From assembly GCA_002633005.1 (NCBI GenBank), contig NMRA01000454.1, forward strand, positions 217,733 through 281,732: DNA of 64,000 nt. Direction: 5' to 3'. Under the pieces are notes generated by a model that was not told where the DNA came from, searched no databases, and saw nothing but the letters and a program-made list of their open reading frames with translations. The position numbers and the translations under genes were made by a program. The stretch is from Phoronis australis (Eukaryota > Animalia > Phoronida). Position 1 is the stretch's first letter, and every line of letters begins with the position of its first letter. Below, piece after piece: positions 25,685 to 40,691 of the stretch.

Positions 25685-26999
25685 CTGGTGGTTTGTACTT
25701 CGTCATGGGGAGGTTTTGCAAAGCAAAGTGAGCGTGAGTTATCACTCATTGTTTGTATCTCTCCACACATGTCATTGTTGGCTTTGACGTAACCCCGAAA
25801 GTGTTTAAAATTTTATGCGAATAAATAGACATTTGCATCGCTTTAAACGTGAAATTCTGGCCCCGTTTGAATTCTTAGTTGGTTAAACAGGGGAAAGATT
25901 TACATTTTGACAGGGTTTGAGTCTTTTTTTCTTAGTTTCAATGTAAAGTGAACATGATTCGTTTGTCTAGTTGAAAGACAACATTTTTCCAAAATCCTTA
26001 TTCTGTCGAGGTTAGCTGGTTAATAGAGAGAGATAGAATATATTTTCAACATATACGATTTTTGTTCTTAACACATTTTGCATGCTTCTGTTTACTTTAG
26101 ACAACAAATAATTTTAGTAGACTTAGTGACTATTTCTTTCAGGAGATCGTAGAAACGACTTTTTCATTATCAACACGTAATTCTATCTTGTATACGTCTA
26201 GCTGGTATGTACTACGATTTCGACACCCATAGGTCAGTTATTCAGTTCACGGTTACTTTCACGTCCACGTGAAAATTTAGATGCTACCAAACCCATTTTA
26301 GTTACTGTAACGCCTATCGCCCCGCGCAATAAGGTATACATGATAATTTACATTCACGTCGCTTTGCGAATCCTCACTAAATATAGAGTGCGTAGAATAC
26401 CTGTGTCAGCTTCTATGTCCAGAAAAATATTGGTTCGTTATTAAAAATGACATGTTTTAATCTGAAAAAAATAAGAATATTTGACCTTCCAGTATGAAGT
26501 TGTTCGATTTTTGAGATTAAGTCACTAAATACTTCTTCTTCCAAAGACAAATCTGCAACTTTTTAGTGAATTGATCGATTGAAAGCTGGTTCATTATTCC
26601 CTCTAATAGTTGGCTGACTTCATTCGCTTACCAAATCTTTCTTCACTTGTCTATTTGTTCGAATAGGCGTTTGCCCGGATCAATCTATTGTCTTGAGTCG
26701 TAGCTGCCAGGATTACTATACCCGGCACTGTCAGTTGTGGGGCGTATTTTGGTTGGCAAAGTAGCAAACAATCCGAGCAGTTTCGGCAACTGAACAAAAA
26801 TGTAATGGAATATTGACTGAAGGTTTCATAATTTCCAGTTTCAACTGGAATTGGAAAAGAAAACACAATAACATTGGTCAATATTTTAATTTTCGCAGTT
26901 CAATGAGCTTTCGTGTCACGACGTGGCTTGAGGTGGTGATAGGCAATTGAGGCAGGGAGAGAGAGCATAGCAATAGCATTTTACGACTTTCAGCAGGTT

Positions 27000-29400
27000 T
27001 TATCTAGCTGGTCTGTCCTCGCGGAAATGGGCATTCCACCTGGCAGCACTCATCCGCATCTAAGCACTGTACATCTTGCATTTTACAGTATGCCCTTGAA
27101 GCATGAAATTTAGGTGATGAAGTTGTTGATTGTAGTGACAGTGTTTGGACTGGGACTCGACTTGTTGGGACCTCTTCCACAAATTGCCTGTGTCACCTCT
27201 AGCCAACACCACAATAAGGCATGGACACAATTTTTTACCAACTTCAAATATGCCTTGCTTCAGATGCTTGGGTCTGGAGCATACTAAAGAATTTTCAACC
27301 ATTTTGCTATCATTAAGTTTCTTCTATGGGAGAACTTTGCTAATACCAAACAGGCGTGACGATGCACGGCAGCTACCTATTGCATAGGCATTTGGGAAGA
27401 TTTCGGTAGAAAAAGACAACTGTAGCTTCTTGATATCTCAGACTCTCTTCTCTCCGGCCTTGGTGCATCATGCTAGATTTCACGAACAATGGGACATTCT
27501 GTGAAGTAACATGGTAACACAGAACGCTTCAAATCTGTTTAGGCTGCAACAAGGGTATTAGGAACTTGCACTGTGTTCTCTACAGCTGTTTCTGCGTAAC
27601 ATCGAGCTTAAACCACTATGTAACCAACATTTCGCAACACATTTGATAAGTGAACGAACCTTTGTCTGTGTTTATGCTATTTGGCAAGCAGTGGCCCTTT
27701 TTCTGCCTTGATCACCAAGTTAACGTTGAAGTGAACTTCAGTTCCAGAAATCCCACCCTGTCTTCGAACCTGGGAGACATCTATAGTTGATGGGCCACCA
27801 CCATATCCATCAAAAACAACAACGGTCAGGTTGTACTTGCTGAAGTAATTTGCCATGGAATACGAAACAGGAGAGAACCGCCGTGGGCTACATGTATCCC
27901 TTTGTTTTCTGGAAATTGATTATTCGCAAGTAGTCCTACACTGGACCAGAATGCATCAGCTAATTTGAATTGATTAGCTACTCAAGCTGTATGAAAAAGG
28001 GAGAACCAGCACACAGCTCAAACTTCCATAGGATTGTCAATCTTTCACTGTTTTTTTCAGCTGCCAACAATCACTGAAATAGCAGTTGTGGATCCACTTG
28101 TGTAATATCGGTATCGTCAAAATGAACTGATGGACTTTTCGTTGCCTCAAACTTGTCTTTCTTTTTTAATGTGAAGTTTTTCACACTCCACACTTACATA
28201 GAGTGGGGAATCACCTTCTTCACTTCTCAGGCATTTTCGGCATTAACGCTTGTACCTGCAGTCGCACCTGTGACGGTGTTTTTTAATGTTCTCCTTTCAT
28301 ATGGATTTCTGCGGTGGATCAATTTAGCAAGGCTGAGAATGTCTCTGTCATCCTGCAAGTGTCTTGCGTGGAGACATTCTTGATGTTGATCGCTTGTTTC
28401 ATTCTTCAAGTGTGCCACCCTGTGCACGGCACCATTTAAAAATGAGCATGTCGCCAAGGAAAGCAGCCACTGTATAGCTGTGTACAGTGTATCTCCCATT
28501 CTGCGACCTCTAGTTAAACGTCTTGTTGGCTTTCATGAGTGTTTGTTCTACTGCAATCTCAGATGACAAGCCAGTCCATAGTATGTTTCTTCGTCTTATG
28601 GTAAATTGGCCGTTAACGAAGGTGCTGTAGACTTCTGGATCTGTGCTTTGAATTGCTGCATCTGCTGCAAATATGCGTATGCAGGATTTGCATATGACCT
28701 GTGATCAGCAGCTACAAAGTAAGTCAGGAGATAAGACACTGCTCTTAAGCCAAGTGCCCAATTTGACTTTCTTTCGGTTTTTCGAAATAGTCGAAGGATA
28801 TCAACACTATTCATATACTGTTGCCAGAGACTGCTGATTGGGCTTTGCAAGGACTGTTTTTTATAAGCTTCGACTTTTTCATGGATTCCTTTCGTGACAG
28901 TATTCTCTGCTGCTATTCAAGGCTCGGTGCATTGCACGTCCGAGTGTTCATCTGTAGTTTTGTGATCAGTTGGAAGTCTGGGACATCTGTCTCCGTTTAT
29001 TCTGGTGAGCCAGCATTTGTGTACATGCATTGAATTACCACTTTACTTGGCACGAAATTTGTGTATTCTTTGTTAGTGACACTCGGGATCCCTGGAATTA
29101 ATGAACAACTGGAACTTCACTCTTTATATCCAGAAAGCATTAGTTCTGGGTTGGCGGTACTCGATGTGTCAGTATTTGGAAGTTGGATTCGAATGCTCCG
29201 GCTGCTATGATAGCATTCAGTGCTGAGTTTACATGTACATGTACCCACACTTGCCTCCTCACTGCTCTAGCCATTTGACTAACACTTGCTTCTAAATCTG
29301 GATTTAAGCAAAATGACAAAGTCCATGCTTACACATATGCAAGCGTATCCAAATACAATTAAATGTATTTTCATGTGAAACCATTCAATGTTCTTTGAAC
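27000..29400 (-). pseudogene. Degenerate Academ-like DNA transposase with a C-terminal XPG-type nuclease region
   Basis: LWQQYMNSVDILRLF..TERKSNW.L.L.AV...L.YFVAADH.SYA...Y.YLQQM, FVNGQFTIRR...WTGLSS.IAVEQTLMK, and AYAIGSCRASSRLFGISK (like GCDTTS.LFG.GK); many stops; boundaries approximate. Confidence 0.6.
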
Positions 29401-30050
29401 ATTGACTTGTGTGAGTTCTTAATTTTGTTAGATCTGCCCAATCAGGTAGAACTGCGTTTCAAGTCATTCGCTATAGGCACCGGAGGGTTCAAATTGGAAG
29501 TTCGCGTCGTATTATGACATCGTATGACGTCATATGACGTAGGAGATGCGAGCCTCATTTGCATATATAAGTGACATCCGTTGGTTCAAAAAAGAGGATC
29601 ATGCCCGAGTACATGCCTGGGAAGAGGCATCTTTTTAAGGGTAAAACAAGTCATGTTCAAAGCATCCTAGTGCCATTAATATGCAGTCTTTGGGGACCAA
29701 AGTGGTGTCATATTATAGCTAAAGAGTTAAGCTTTCGAACACAATGCTTGGATTCCAGACGACTTTAACATTTACTTTTGAAATCACTTTTGAATATCCG
29801 TTAAAATGCGCTAAAACAGTTGTCCCTTCCTGGTTATCTCTTCCTGATATTACTTGGTTTGTATCGCATTTTCAAGTTTTTGAAGTACATTAAAAAAAAA
29901 AGTTCAGGTGGTCTGATGTCATTTGCGGTGCATCAGACGTGCGCAGGCCTCATGGTTGGGCCCGCTGCACAAAACACCTGAGCAAAGGCACGAGACCCCA
30001 ATTTGAAGTACATTACCCTTTTGTCCGTACATGTATCTCTACATTTCCAG

Positions 30051-30296
30051 GACTAGCTACAGCAAACATCACCAAGATGATCACATCTGATACAACAATT
30101 GACGTCAAATGGACTGCACCAGTGAATGTAGCCAAATTCAGGCTTACTTGCAAGACCCTTGGCCTTGATATATCTTTGGATTTTAACAGTCAACGTTGTA
30201 CTGGCTTGACTCCTGGAACTGAGTATTATGTCACGGTAACGTCAACCAAGCCAGGATGGGCTGACGAAGTTTCAAAAGGGGAGACAGCTAAAACAC
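30051..30296 (+). CDS. FN3 exon E2 (246 bp, diverged type)
   Basis: tctctacatttccAG|GACTAG...AAAACAC|GTGAGT; LATANITKMITSDTTIDVKWTAPVNVAKFRLTC...RCTGLTPGTEYYVTVTSTKPGW. Confidence 0.88.
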
Positions 30297-31479
30297 GTGA
30301 GTATCTGTTAGTACATGTCCTTTCGTACACACCTGAAATGATTGCAAGGCATTTGCTGCAATAGAGCCCGGCTAGTGGATTGCAAACAATGATTTTTCTT
30401 TCCTTCTTTCAAAACGTTCCATGGAAGTATTTTCCAGCTTATGCTCATACGGTTTCAACTTTATACGCAAACACGTCATGAAGTTGTTACTCCGTTGTGT
30501 GAAAATCGTATAAATTGTATAAAATGTGCGCCTATTGAAGAAATTTAGCAACTCTCACGTCTCCAATGCGATATTAGATTTTCTCCTGCAAGTCACCTCG
30601 ATTTCTACGTGCAGTCATATAAGAATTGTACTCAAAATAAGAAAGTAGTATGAATCATTCTGTAAAAATATGAAGGGTCATTTCTGGACGCATTCACAGG
30701 CGGTATGTCCTTATGGTGTCCTTTTCCTTTGGTAGGAGGTGAGTCGGTGCTATGTCGTTCCCAGGGTAATTTAGCCATGCAGTACTTAGCACGCTATACC
30801 CTTACTGTGGTGGGGCTATGCGTGTATATGCTGCACCCCTGCTAAATGACTGCCACAAGCTCCCTATGTTAATACACGTTTTCCGGTCCAAAGGTGGCCG
30901 AATATCAGTGTCCCTATAATAGTACATGTACACGCAGTCAACTCTTGGTCTATAATCAGGCAAACAAGGCTATTACAAGACTTGAGAGCGCGGCCTGGAG
31001 GTGGTCGGCGCTTGTTATTTTTTATAATGTTCATTACGAAATCTTCGGTACAATGAATATACATAACCCGAAAGCGCTCGTTATTTGCTTACAGTCATGC
31101 TCAAGTGGAGATAAACTGCAGGACAGTTATATTCAAGGCTAATTAACTAAATTATTTTACTAGTCTGAATAAGGTGCATTTCATATTGATGCCGATTTTA
31201 GTTGTTTCATTTGGAAAATATCAATAGTTGATATCAGTGAATATTGCCTCTATTACGGCCTTCTGGAGCCATCTATTCAGTGAAAGGTCAGGCCTTGCGG
31301 CTGTACTTCATAAAATACAATAAATTAGTTCACTGTATTTTGAAACTTGTAATAGTGAATCATTATTGGCAGTGCCATGTTATCATTCTGAAAAATAAAT
31401 AAAAATTGACTTTCCAGCATTCTATGGTGCCCTTTTGTAATCAAGTCGCTAAATATTCTTTCAACCAATGACAACTGTG

Positions 31480-34400
31480 CCCCTATTTCAATGATCAGAT
31501 TTGTTTAAAGTCGGCCATAGTATTCAGCAAATCACGGACTAGTACCAATTACAATATTTAGACAAAAGTCCGTTCCATTTTTTGATATTTCAAACCCCGC
31601 TCTTGAAATGGCAAAATTGTCACAGATTCTTATATTGTTGTTTTTTTAACCAATTAACTTCTCTAAAAAGTTAATTGACTTCAAAAATCTATTTTAAGTG
31701 ATACCCACAGTTGACAGTACGTAAATAAATTTCGATAAACCAAGATTGTAATGGGCTTTTGGGGCCAGCTGATTCCGATTAGTGGATTACGATTATGGTG
31801 CACTGTTTAGGCAAACATGCCCTTGCAGTTTTCAGAAGTCCAGTGATGCCCAGAGACTGTTTCAAGTTAATCTAAAAATGTAAAACAGTTATTTCGGGTG
31901 CTACGGCTTTAATGGGAAGATATTCATCTTCTGAATACTCTGCAAGCTTAAATTCGTGCTTAGCTACTGCCCAGCCTATAATTAACTTGTTGTTGTTTAT
32001 GACATGATGTGGCATAATCTCTGCACACAGGATGAACATCGGGCTTGATAGTGGATCTCCTTGTCGGAGGCCTTTCTCTATTTTAATACACTGTGATGTA
32101 AATCCGTTGTTCAACGCACATGACGGAATTCCAGAATACAGTGTTCTTATTCTATTGATAAAAACGACGCCGAAATTGAAAGCTTTTAAGAATTGAAATA
32201 ACAAGTTATCCATTCACAGTACCATACGGTTTCTTGAATTCGAGGAATACAATGTGATGAAGGGTCTGCTTTTCTTCATAAAATTCAATCATATCGTCAA
32301 TTGAACATATATTCTGACCTATGTAACGTTTCGGCAGGGATGCTTTATCTGGATGAATCGAATTGTTTATATATTTTGTTTGCGATTGTTTTAGTTATTA
32401 ATTCATAGTCACAATTCGAAAAAGATAGGTTTCCAATTTTCTAGAGATACTAATTCTTCAGACTGTTTTTTTGAAATTAACGTGGTTACGCCTTGCTTTT
32501 GAGAATTTGACATGTGACCCTTTCCAAAGCTGTATGTCACACTCGCCAATAAATTGTGCTTAACTACCTTCCAAATGTTTTATAAAACTCATAACTGATG
32601 CCATTATTACCAGGCGTCTAATTAGGTTTCTTCTCCAGCAGAGACTCGTACAATTCCTTTTCCGTCAGATTTTTTTCTGTCTCGTCAGAATCTGCAGGAG
32701 ATAGCTTTTTGTGTATTGATAAGTTAAAAGGTCTTTCGGATACGACCTTTCTCGAAAAGTGCATTCTTCTACATAGAAGTATAGCTTTTTATAATAATTC
32801 ACCTGTATAATCCATATGCTTGCTGCATCATGTACAATTTCGTCAGCATCTTTGATGGCATTAATGTTATTTTGTTTGCTGTGGAGCAGTTCTACAGTAG
32901 GTGTTTAAAATATTTTCCATTCTCTCCTTGTTCTGCCCATTGCACTTTACTACGCAAAATCGAGCCCTTTATTTTTTGGATCTGGATATTTTGGAGATCA
33001 ATTTCGGCTTTTTGTCATTTCTTATTTCCTGTGAAGGTTTGCTTTCCACCTTTGATGTCAAAGCGTTATTTTTTTTTTGTTAAAACACTTTCATTAGAGC
33101 GGATCTTCTTTGCAACCTCTTCTGCAAAAGGGATTGAGGTTTTCTTGGTTTCCATTTTACTAATTCTGAAACAAATTTTTTCTCACGAATATGTCTATCA
33201 AGAGGACTGTAAAAATTCGACACATTTCCACTCTTGTCTAAGTCTCTGGGAGCGCAGTTAATATCACCAGCGCAGAGGATACTTTGATTGCCTACCAAAT
33301 TATGGAGTGGTAAATTAATGAAATCCAGAAATTCGAGTTATTTCCTGGTTTCATTTGGAAAGTACAGATTGAGTAAACTGAAATATTGTTCTGCAATTTT
33401 GCTATTGAGAAAGCTGTATCTACTGTAAGTATCATTCTTGACTAAAGAAGGATCAATATCCAAACATCAACGAATTAAAATGGCAATGCCTTTGCCATGG
33501 TTATTGCCTTCAGTGACTCCAAAATACCGGACCACCCCATTCACGTTACCAATATAGTCAGGAAAGCTAATATGTTTCTTGTATGTATGGTATATCATAA
33601 CTCTTTTGCTTGAACCGTTTTATGAGCTGAGCTCGCTTATGTTTCTGGAAACGTGCTTAATGTTAAAAATTTTGGATTTCACTAGGGTTTAGGAGACATC
33701 TCTTGACTAAGGTTAGACTTAAAATAATGACATAAGAACCTTAAATGTAGATTCAGGATTTATGGATATGTACATACAGACAGGCACTAAATAGGGTAAG
33801 GGGGGCGAAAGGATCAGCAAGAAATTCACGATCATACTCGCACGGCCATATCACCGGCTATTTTTTTGAAATGGGGATCCTAAACGTTCAAGTGTCACAT
33901 AGAGAAACGATTCATATCACTATGGTAAATTACTTACACTTGTGATAAGGTTCACTCTGTTCTCTGAAGTCAGAACGAAAATTAGTCTGTATTTGGACCA
34001 CACAAACTTGACCTGGGGCTTTTTATTTACCATCTATAGTAGCAGGTAGTACTGTGTACTTACGGTTTTGCTTATGCGGAATCTTGTGCAATTGAGTTTC
34101 TTTTTCAAATGGAAAACATTTTGTCTGCACTGATAGTTGATAAATTTACCGATGATTGGTCAAGGGTTGGGTTGATTTGCAGAGCTACTGGAACATGTTA
34201 ATCTTCTTGTCGACGTATCTTGGGATATTTTCTTACTCGGTGAGCAAGGTCTATCTTGTCTAGATCGATAGACATTTTTAACAATATGGTCGCAGTCCTC
34301 GTTTGGCTGTTCACCAATGCAGTGGATCTTAATCATAATTGAGTTACGTCTAGACTATTGTTCATATGTATTTAATTTATTCTGTAAGTTTTGATTTGCC

Positions 34401-34740
34401 TGTCTTATTGCTTGTAAGTCATTCTTCAGCTTTCTCAGTTCATCATCGAAGACTTCTTTAAAGGACCGAATTATTCTATCTTCCGTGGAATGGAGTCTCT
34501 TTTCTAGGTCACGATCCGCCATAGTGACTGTGGATGTTCCTATTCACAAACCTCAACGCAACGGAAGGGGTTATTGACTAGACTGCCCGCAACGTCAGCT
34601 GGGTGTTACGCAATCATAGGTTGAATTAACAAGATTACCACCAGACAAAACTTCAGGGGGTTTGAGACAAACTTAGAATTAGGGCATGTGATGTTCAATC
34701 AAAAAATGTAAACTCGAAGGAGAAAGCTCACCAAATTATT
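31480..34740 (-). mobile_element. Degenerate L1/Tx1-type LINE (ORF1, endonuclease, RT)
   Basis: ORF1 from ATG 34522: MADRDLEKRLHSTEDR...LNTYEQ*SRRNSI (coiled coil); endonuclease relic ILCAGDIN; RT motif KGLRQGDPLS; disrupted throughout; boundaries approximate. Confidence 0.75.
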
Positions 34741-35220
34741 AAAATTGTTCATGAAATGTTGGTTCCAGAAAGCCGGGGGGACAGCGACACCACTGTATTG
34801 AATGATGTTGTGCAGAAAACACGATGGTTGTTTGTTTTTTGACGGATATAAAGACTAAAATAGACGAAGCATTGTTTTTCAAATGTCCGTCCTGCAAAGG
34901 CACCCTCTGCAGATAATGCACGCCTTCTTAACATTGATCTCATAACTGTTAACATCTCTACATTGTCTTGAAAGCAGAGAGCAAATGCATTTCGAGTTGG
35001 TGCAACACTTCAATTTGAATCACAGCATGAAACAATAACCGTGGCCTCGGCACAGAACTGTTTCTTGATAACATTGGATTAATTTAAGTTTAGCCAAGAC
35101 TATCCTTTAGATAAAGCTGCGCTGGTAACAATATGTTACTTTATCTAAAACACTATTCAACGTAACATTTTGCTAAATATGTGTTTACATGTGTAATTGT
35201 CTCTGCCTCTACCTCTCCAG

Positions 35221-35469
35221 AACTCGCTCCAGCCACTATTATCACTGTGGTAGGGACTGGGGCATCAATTATCGTCAGTTGGTCTGCAGCAAATGGCGAT
35301 AAAGACAGTTACAGAGTTTCTTGCGGAAACAACCACTTCGTTGCAGACAAGACTGCAACCAACAAACGTTGCACTGGAATGACTTGTGGAACTGAATACG
35401 CTGTTGCCATAACAACAGTCAAGGCAGGATGGGCTGATGTAGCTTCATTGCCGAAGGCAGTTAAAGCAA
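35221..35469 (+). CDS. FN3 exon E3 (249 bp)
   Basis: ctacctctccAG|AACTCG...AAAGCAA|GTTAGT; ELAPATIITVVGTGASIIVSWSAANGDKDSYRVSCG...RCTGMTCGTEY. Confidence 0.87.
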
Positions 35470-36571
35470 GTTAGTGTTTTTTATGCGTTTTTGCTTACAT
35501 GTATAGATGTACGTTTGTCATGGCTTCTCCCGATTATGGGTAACGCAAGTTGTAACCGGCCGGTGTTAATAGCGTTTGGTGTGGGGATGGCAGTGAGGAA
35601 AGCCCAAGACTCAACATCACCGGCTTTGTTTTCAAAAAACATCACCAGCAAACGCACAATACAAATTACGCAGGGACTCTAAAATATCGGTTTAGTTAGC
35701 CACAATACAACAGTGCCCATCAGGCACCCTTGTGTTTCCTCATGATATGTGGTGTATATATAATTAATTATTTTAGTGACAAATACAATTAATTCAAACA
35801 TTTATAGGTGTTACATTTGTAAGACAAATAAGTACCTTGTCACCTTAACTTCACAACTTATATTTACCACAACAACGACGATTTCTACGTTCAAAAGCAG
35901 AGTTTTAGCGAATTGCCTAGGGAATACAATCTTTCAAAATCTGCTAAGTTCGGAATTTGAAGTGAAAAACGAACGGGAGAACCATCTAAAATGTAGGTCA
36001 TCCCCCAAAGAATCGCAGTCATAACACGAGCAAAGTCTCTCACTTACGTAGCGTCACAGCATGACTAGCTCTAAATTGGTTGACCCCTAGATAAAAACGC
36101 AAAGCTCTGTTTTGAATGTTTTGGTCATTTCCTCACTTTTGTAACACCAAACAGGTGGACCGAAATCAAAGGTTGGTGCCAAAGGCGAAAGTAAATAATG
36201 TTTTAATTGATTCGAATCCTAGATTCTTGTTAATTCAGAACGTTGGGCATATCTTACTTAACGCTCTACCATAAGCATCAGATAACGTATTCAAATTTTC
36301 AAGGTGAATACAGACTAAGTAATTGTTAAAGGTCTTATTTTAAACTAATGTCACTGTGTATTTAAAATTTCTTCTATGCGTGAAATTAGTTTGAAAATGA
36401 AGAACGTTAGTTTTTTCATATTTAAAACCATTCTCCAATTTTAACAGTTGTTTAAAACCTTTAACATCTTCTGCATGTCAATTTCAGTCCCAGACAAATG
36501 TGCAAAATCTTGTCCTTTCCACATTTGACACCTTTACTCATGTTTAATGTCCATAGCAAAGTCATTTATAT

Positions 36572-36633
<62 letters not shown>

Positions 36634-36745
36634 AATATATATGTGTGTGTATATATATATATCTTTACATATACATTTGTATACACATACACTGTACATA
36701 TATATACATATATATGTTTGTGTGTGTATATATATATTCATATAT
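36572..36745. repeat. (TA)n(CA)n compound microsatellite
   Basis: Seen directly in the sequence. Confidence 0.95.
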
Positions 36746-37967
36746 TTTAGATATATGTGATCTATCTTAGGCCTCCTTCGTCAATAACTTGAATGAAATC
36801 TAGTTTGCATTCTTTTGTCGCTTTTTCTTGGCTGCATTAGCCTTAGATGTATCGCTTTTACAATACTAACGGATTTTATTGCTATGACGAGTGTTGCTAT
36901 TTCGATAGGATGGTTGGATAGGTTTGGAAAATATTCCTAGATGCATGATGTGAATATCCTGGGTCTCCTGACATCAATCAAAAACAAGAAAATGAGGAGC
37001 AAGTGGATAAAGTGAGTTCGTAGTTTAAAGCAAAGACATTGGTCCAATGGTCAAAGAAAACAAGGCTATCTAGTTGAAAGTGTTCCACAGCCGCTAATGC
37101 AAATTACCACCTTTGTCTGAGGTCATCAAATATACCTTATGAATGTTGCGCCGAATAGCTGGGCATCAGTCTAGAAAGATATTTGTTCAGGAATATGCTA
37201 AGACCACTTAATTGTTGCAAACATATACAAAACACCAGAGAACGGATAATCATGTAAATGTTGGAGTGCAAAATCTTGGTACACTGATCTGGAACAGCCC
37301 TCTAAAGTAGACATGCCTACCCGCTGTTGTCCTGAAAAATTACCTTTCCCCTCATTTCTCTTGAAACGTGCGAGAACTAATATTTTAACCCTACCTGGAA
37401 TTGTTTAAGCTTGTTTTAACATTCCTGGCAACGGTATTTAACCTCCATGATTTTCTGTCATTGCTACAATGAAAATAACATCGAGAAAATATGTTAAAAA
37501 ATGTTTGTAAGGCAACAGCGTAGGACAGATATCAGAGAAATATGAGGCATTTTTTGCAATCCTCGATTGTCACCCAGTGAAGCCAAAATATGAAGCTGGG
37601 TCTCCCAATCGGAAGTCCGGAGCTCAAACGTCCGTGACACGTCGTCTTTTCTGCAGATAAAGAACTTAGATTCAATTTGGATCACATACCTGTTCACAAC
37701 TTTCTATTGTCAGGAAGTAAAATGCAAGTGTGTCTCGAGATGTAGCTTGATTCTAATTTGAATTACAGCAAGCATTGTGGCCTCATCACAGAACTGTTTC
37801 TTGATTTGGTAGCCTTAATAAGAGTTTGATAAAGGGTGTCCTTCACATAACGCTGTAGCTGGTAACCGTTATTTTTTCTAAAACCCAATGTGAATTATTT
37901 AACTTTTAGTTTTGTTAACACCCTACTTACATGTGTAAGTGTCTATGCCTCTACTGTACCTTTCTAG

Positions 37968-38216
37968 AACTCGCTGCAGCCACTAGTATCAGTGTGGTTG
38001 GAGGTGAGACAACACTTGACGTCAGCTGGACTGCAGCAAAGGGAAACAAAGACAGTTACAAAGTGTCTTGCGGAAACAACCACTTCACTGTAGATAAGTC
38101 GGCTACCAACAAACAATGCACTGGCTTGACGTCTGGTGCTGAGTATGCTGTTACCATAACAACGATCAAGACAGGATGGGTTGATGTAGTTTCCTTGAAG
38201 AAGACAGCTAAGACAA
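37968..38216 (+). CDS. FN3 exon E4 (249 bp)
   Basis: gtacctttctAG|AACTCG...AGACAA|GTTAGT; ELAAATSISVVGGETTLDVSWTAAKGNKDSYKVSCG...QCTGLTSGAEY. Confidence 0.87.
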
Positions 38217-39333
38217 GTTAGTTTTTTGTGATCATGTGTACAGACATGCCTTTGCCATGGTTTCGCCCGCAGATTTGTTGTGCAAGTCTTAACAGACTGG
38301 TGTTAAGCAGTAGTCCCCGAGAGCACCAGACATTCCGCTGCTAGGTGGTGGTCAGTGGGTTTTTACCAAATTTGATCCCATGAGACCCATAAACAGTGGT
38401 GAAATATTTACCCAAAGTGTTACGTTCTCAATAGTTATAGGATCAAAACATTGCGACTTGGAAGCCACGTTTTCACAGTGTAATAACAGTCCAAATTTAA
38501 CTGTTAATATTTTTAATTGAATGGAAGATATTCAACTATTACTCACTAGGCATTTTTAGTTATGCCAGTAGATTGTTACACATATGTTTTGAAGGAAAAA
38601 GATACCTATTTACCGTCCTTTATTGGTAGTTTTACTATACTAGCAACACCTTCTGAGAGCCCAACGCAACGGTACAAGATCTCCCCACCCTAATTCGATA
38701 AAATCCTGATTCTTGTAACCTTAAATAACACAGAACTGTAGATGGCAGCTGATATGAACTCAGCAGTTGAGAAACACCATTCTTCACCTTCATGATGACC
38801 ATAAAAAGTTAAACATTTCCAAACAAACATCTGACCTGTGTAACTGTGTTTCTGTAATCCATTATTTGCATAGCATACATTATCTTTGATGCACAAGTAT
38901 TACATAAAAACTATAGGCTCAAGATCCTCGATACATATTGGGTTACTTCACACAAAAACTCGAGGTAAACGTGAATTTTTAACTACATTTCAAATTCAGC
39001 ACACATGAAGCAATGCTGGAATCATGTACGTGGCTATCAGATAAAATGACCCGCAGGCCCTCAAGTCCGCGGGCCAGTTTGAGAGACCCATGGGTCATGT
39101 TAGTTTTCCCTGTCCCTTTTATTCCAATTTGAAGAGTGCAAAGTTTGATATGCGACTCTGTCTTCTACCTCGGGATGAGTGAGTGTAAAAAAACTGTGAA
39201 CTGCATATTCAACATCTCTGGCATGTACATGTCATTTAAAAAAAAGTGCAATGTCAACAAAATATAGATGCACTGAAGTTTGTTTGGGCCACACTTGACA
39301 CCTTTAATAAAAAATTAATGTCCAGAGCTAAGT

Positions 39334-39402
<69 letters not shown>
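39334..39402. repeat. (TA)n(TG)n compound microsatellite
   Basis: Seen directly in the sequence. Confidence 0.95.
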
Positions 39403-39404
<2 letters not shown>

Positions 39405-40691
39405 AAGTGTGTGTCTTTAAGGAAAATTTTGTCGATGTTAAAACTTACCACTGACAGACATCATTTTCAGGAGGGAACCAACCACTATACAGAGTGCCAT
39501 TTAATGGTACACAGTTCAACAATGCTCAGTAAATCGTACTAATTGCATCATAGATGTACATACTACCATTAACATTATTTTGCAGCGATTTATAAAACAG
39601 ATGTTCATTATTTTTCCAGTCAAAAGCCTCCTTCATTTCCACAATTGTCACAGATTTAGAAAGGTTAAACCACAGATACCCACAATTCTATGATTCAACA
39701 CTGTGATGATGAGTTTATAAATATTTGGACGAAGACTAATCCCAAAGTAGTTCTAATGTATTTTAGGGTTGTCAGTTTAATTCTTAAGTATCTGGATTAT
39801 AATTGCCTTATAACAATCAGAAGGCAATTGTCCAATTTTATAAGATTCATTAAACAACTGGTTTAGAATAACAACCCTTGTTTCGGGTCCCATCTAACAA
39901 ACTCACAAGGAACACTGTCATAGATGTCGTGCTGTTATTCTTTGTTTTCATAAAACATTTTTCTAAATGTTAACTCATATTCAGGGTTTTCAAATTTATT
40001 CATCACCAAATGCAGTATGTATAGAAGTGCATTTAAGTAATTGTTCGTGATCATTTCCCACTTTTTTAAAACATGGTTTATGCTATTATTTGAATTCAAA
40101 ACTTCCAGGGGAACTTCAACTTCGGTAAACTTTGTTGGTAACAGTTTTTTTCAATATAAGCTCAGAAATACTTAGAATTACTAGTATTCAGATTCTAAAT
40201 TTCAATCTGCACTTGCAAGTGGTATAAACATTTGGCGCATTTTAGTTTTTGTACAATAGATATTGAGCAGACATCAATAACTGTTGTAATGTAAAAATTC
40301 CTGTGTCCTCTTTGACTTCCTAAGATCAGTTTCTCAATATAATTTAAATTTTCCACAAATCTTTATCAAGTTCCTAATTCCAGTAAGACTAATTCCTTTT
40401 AAAATATTTTCTTAGTACACGGTTATAATCCTTGAAATCCAGTTAGCTATCCATTTCCTGATTAATAGGTCAACAAATGACTGAGGAACTATTCCAAGTG
40501 GTTTTGAAAGTCTTTAGATAACAATAATGAACCAATTAAACATTTCATTCATCATTAAATGTCGCGTTACTACTTAAATCTGTCGCGATATTGGAAGTGC
40601 CATATTTACGTTTTTTCCAAAAAGGGTATTTGAATATAAAGCTCTATCGATACCAGATGATCGCACCTTAAACCAAGAACAGAATGATCTG

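Noticed and set aside
36498-39542. His/Thr and Val/Cys repeat ORFs
   Set aside because: They are translations of (CA)n/(TG)n microsatellites.
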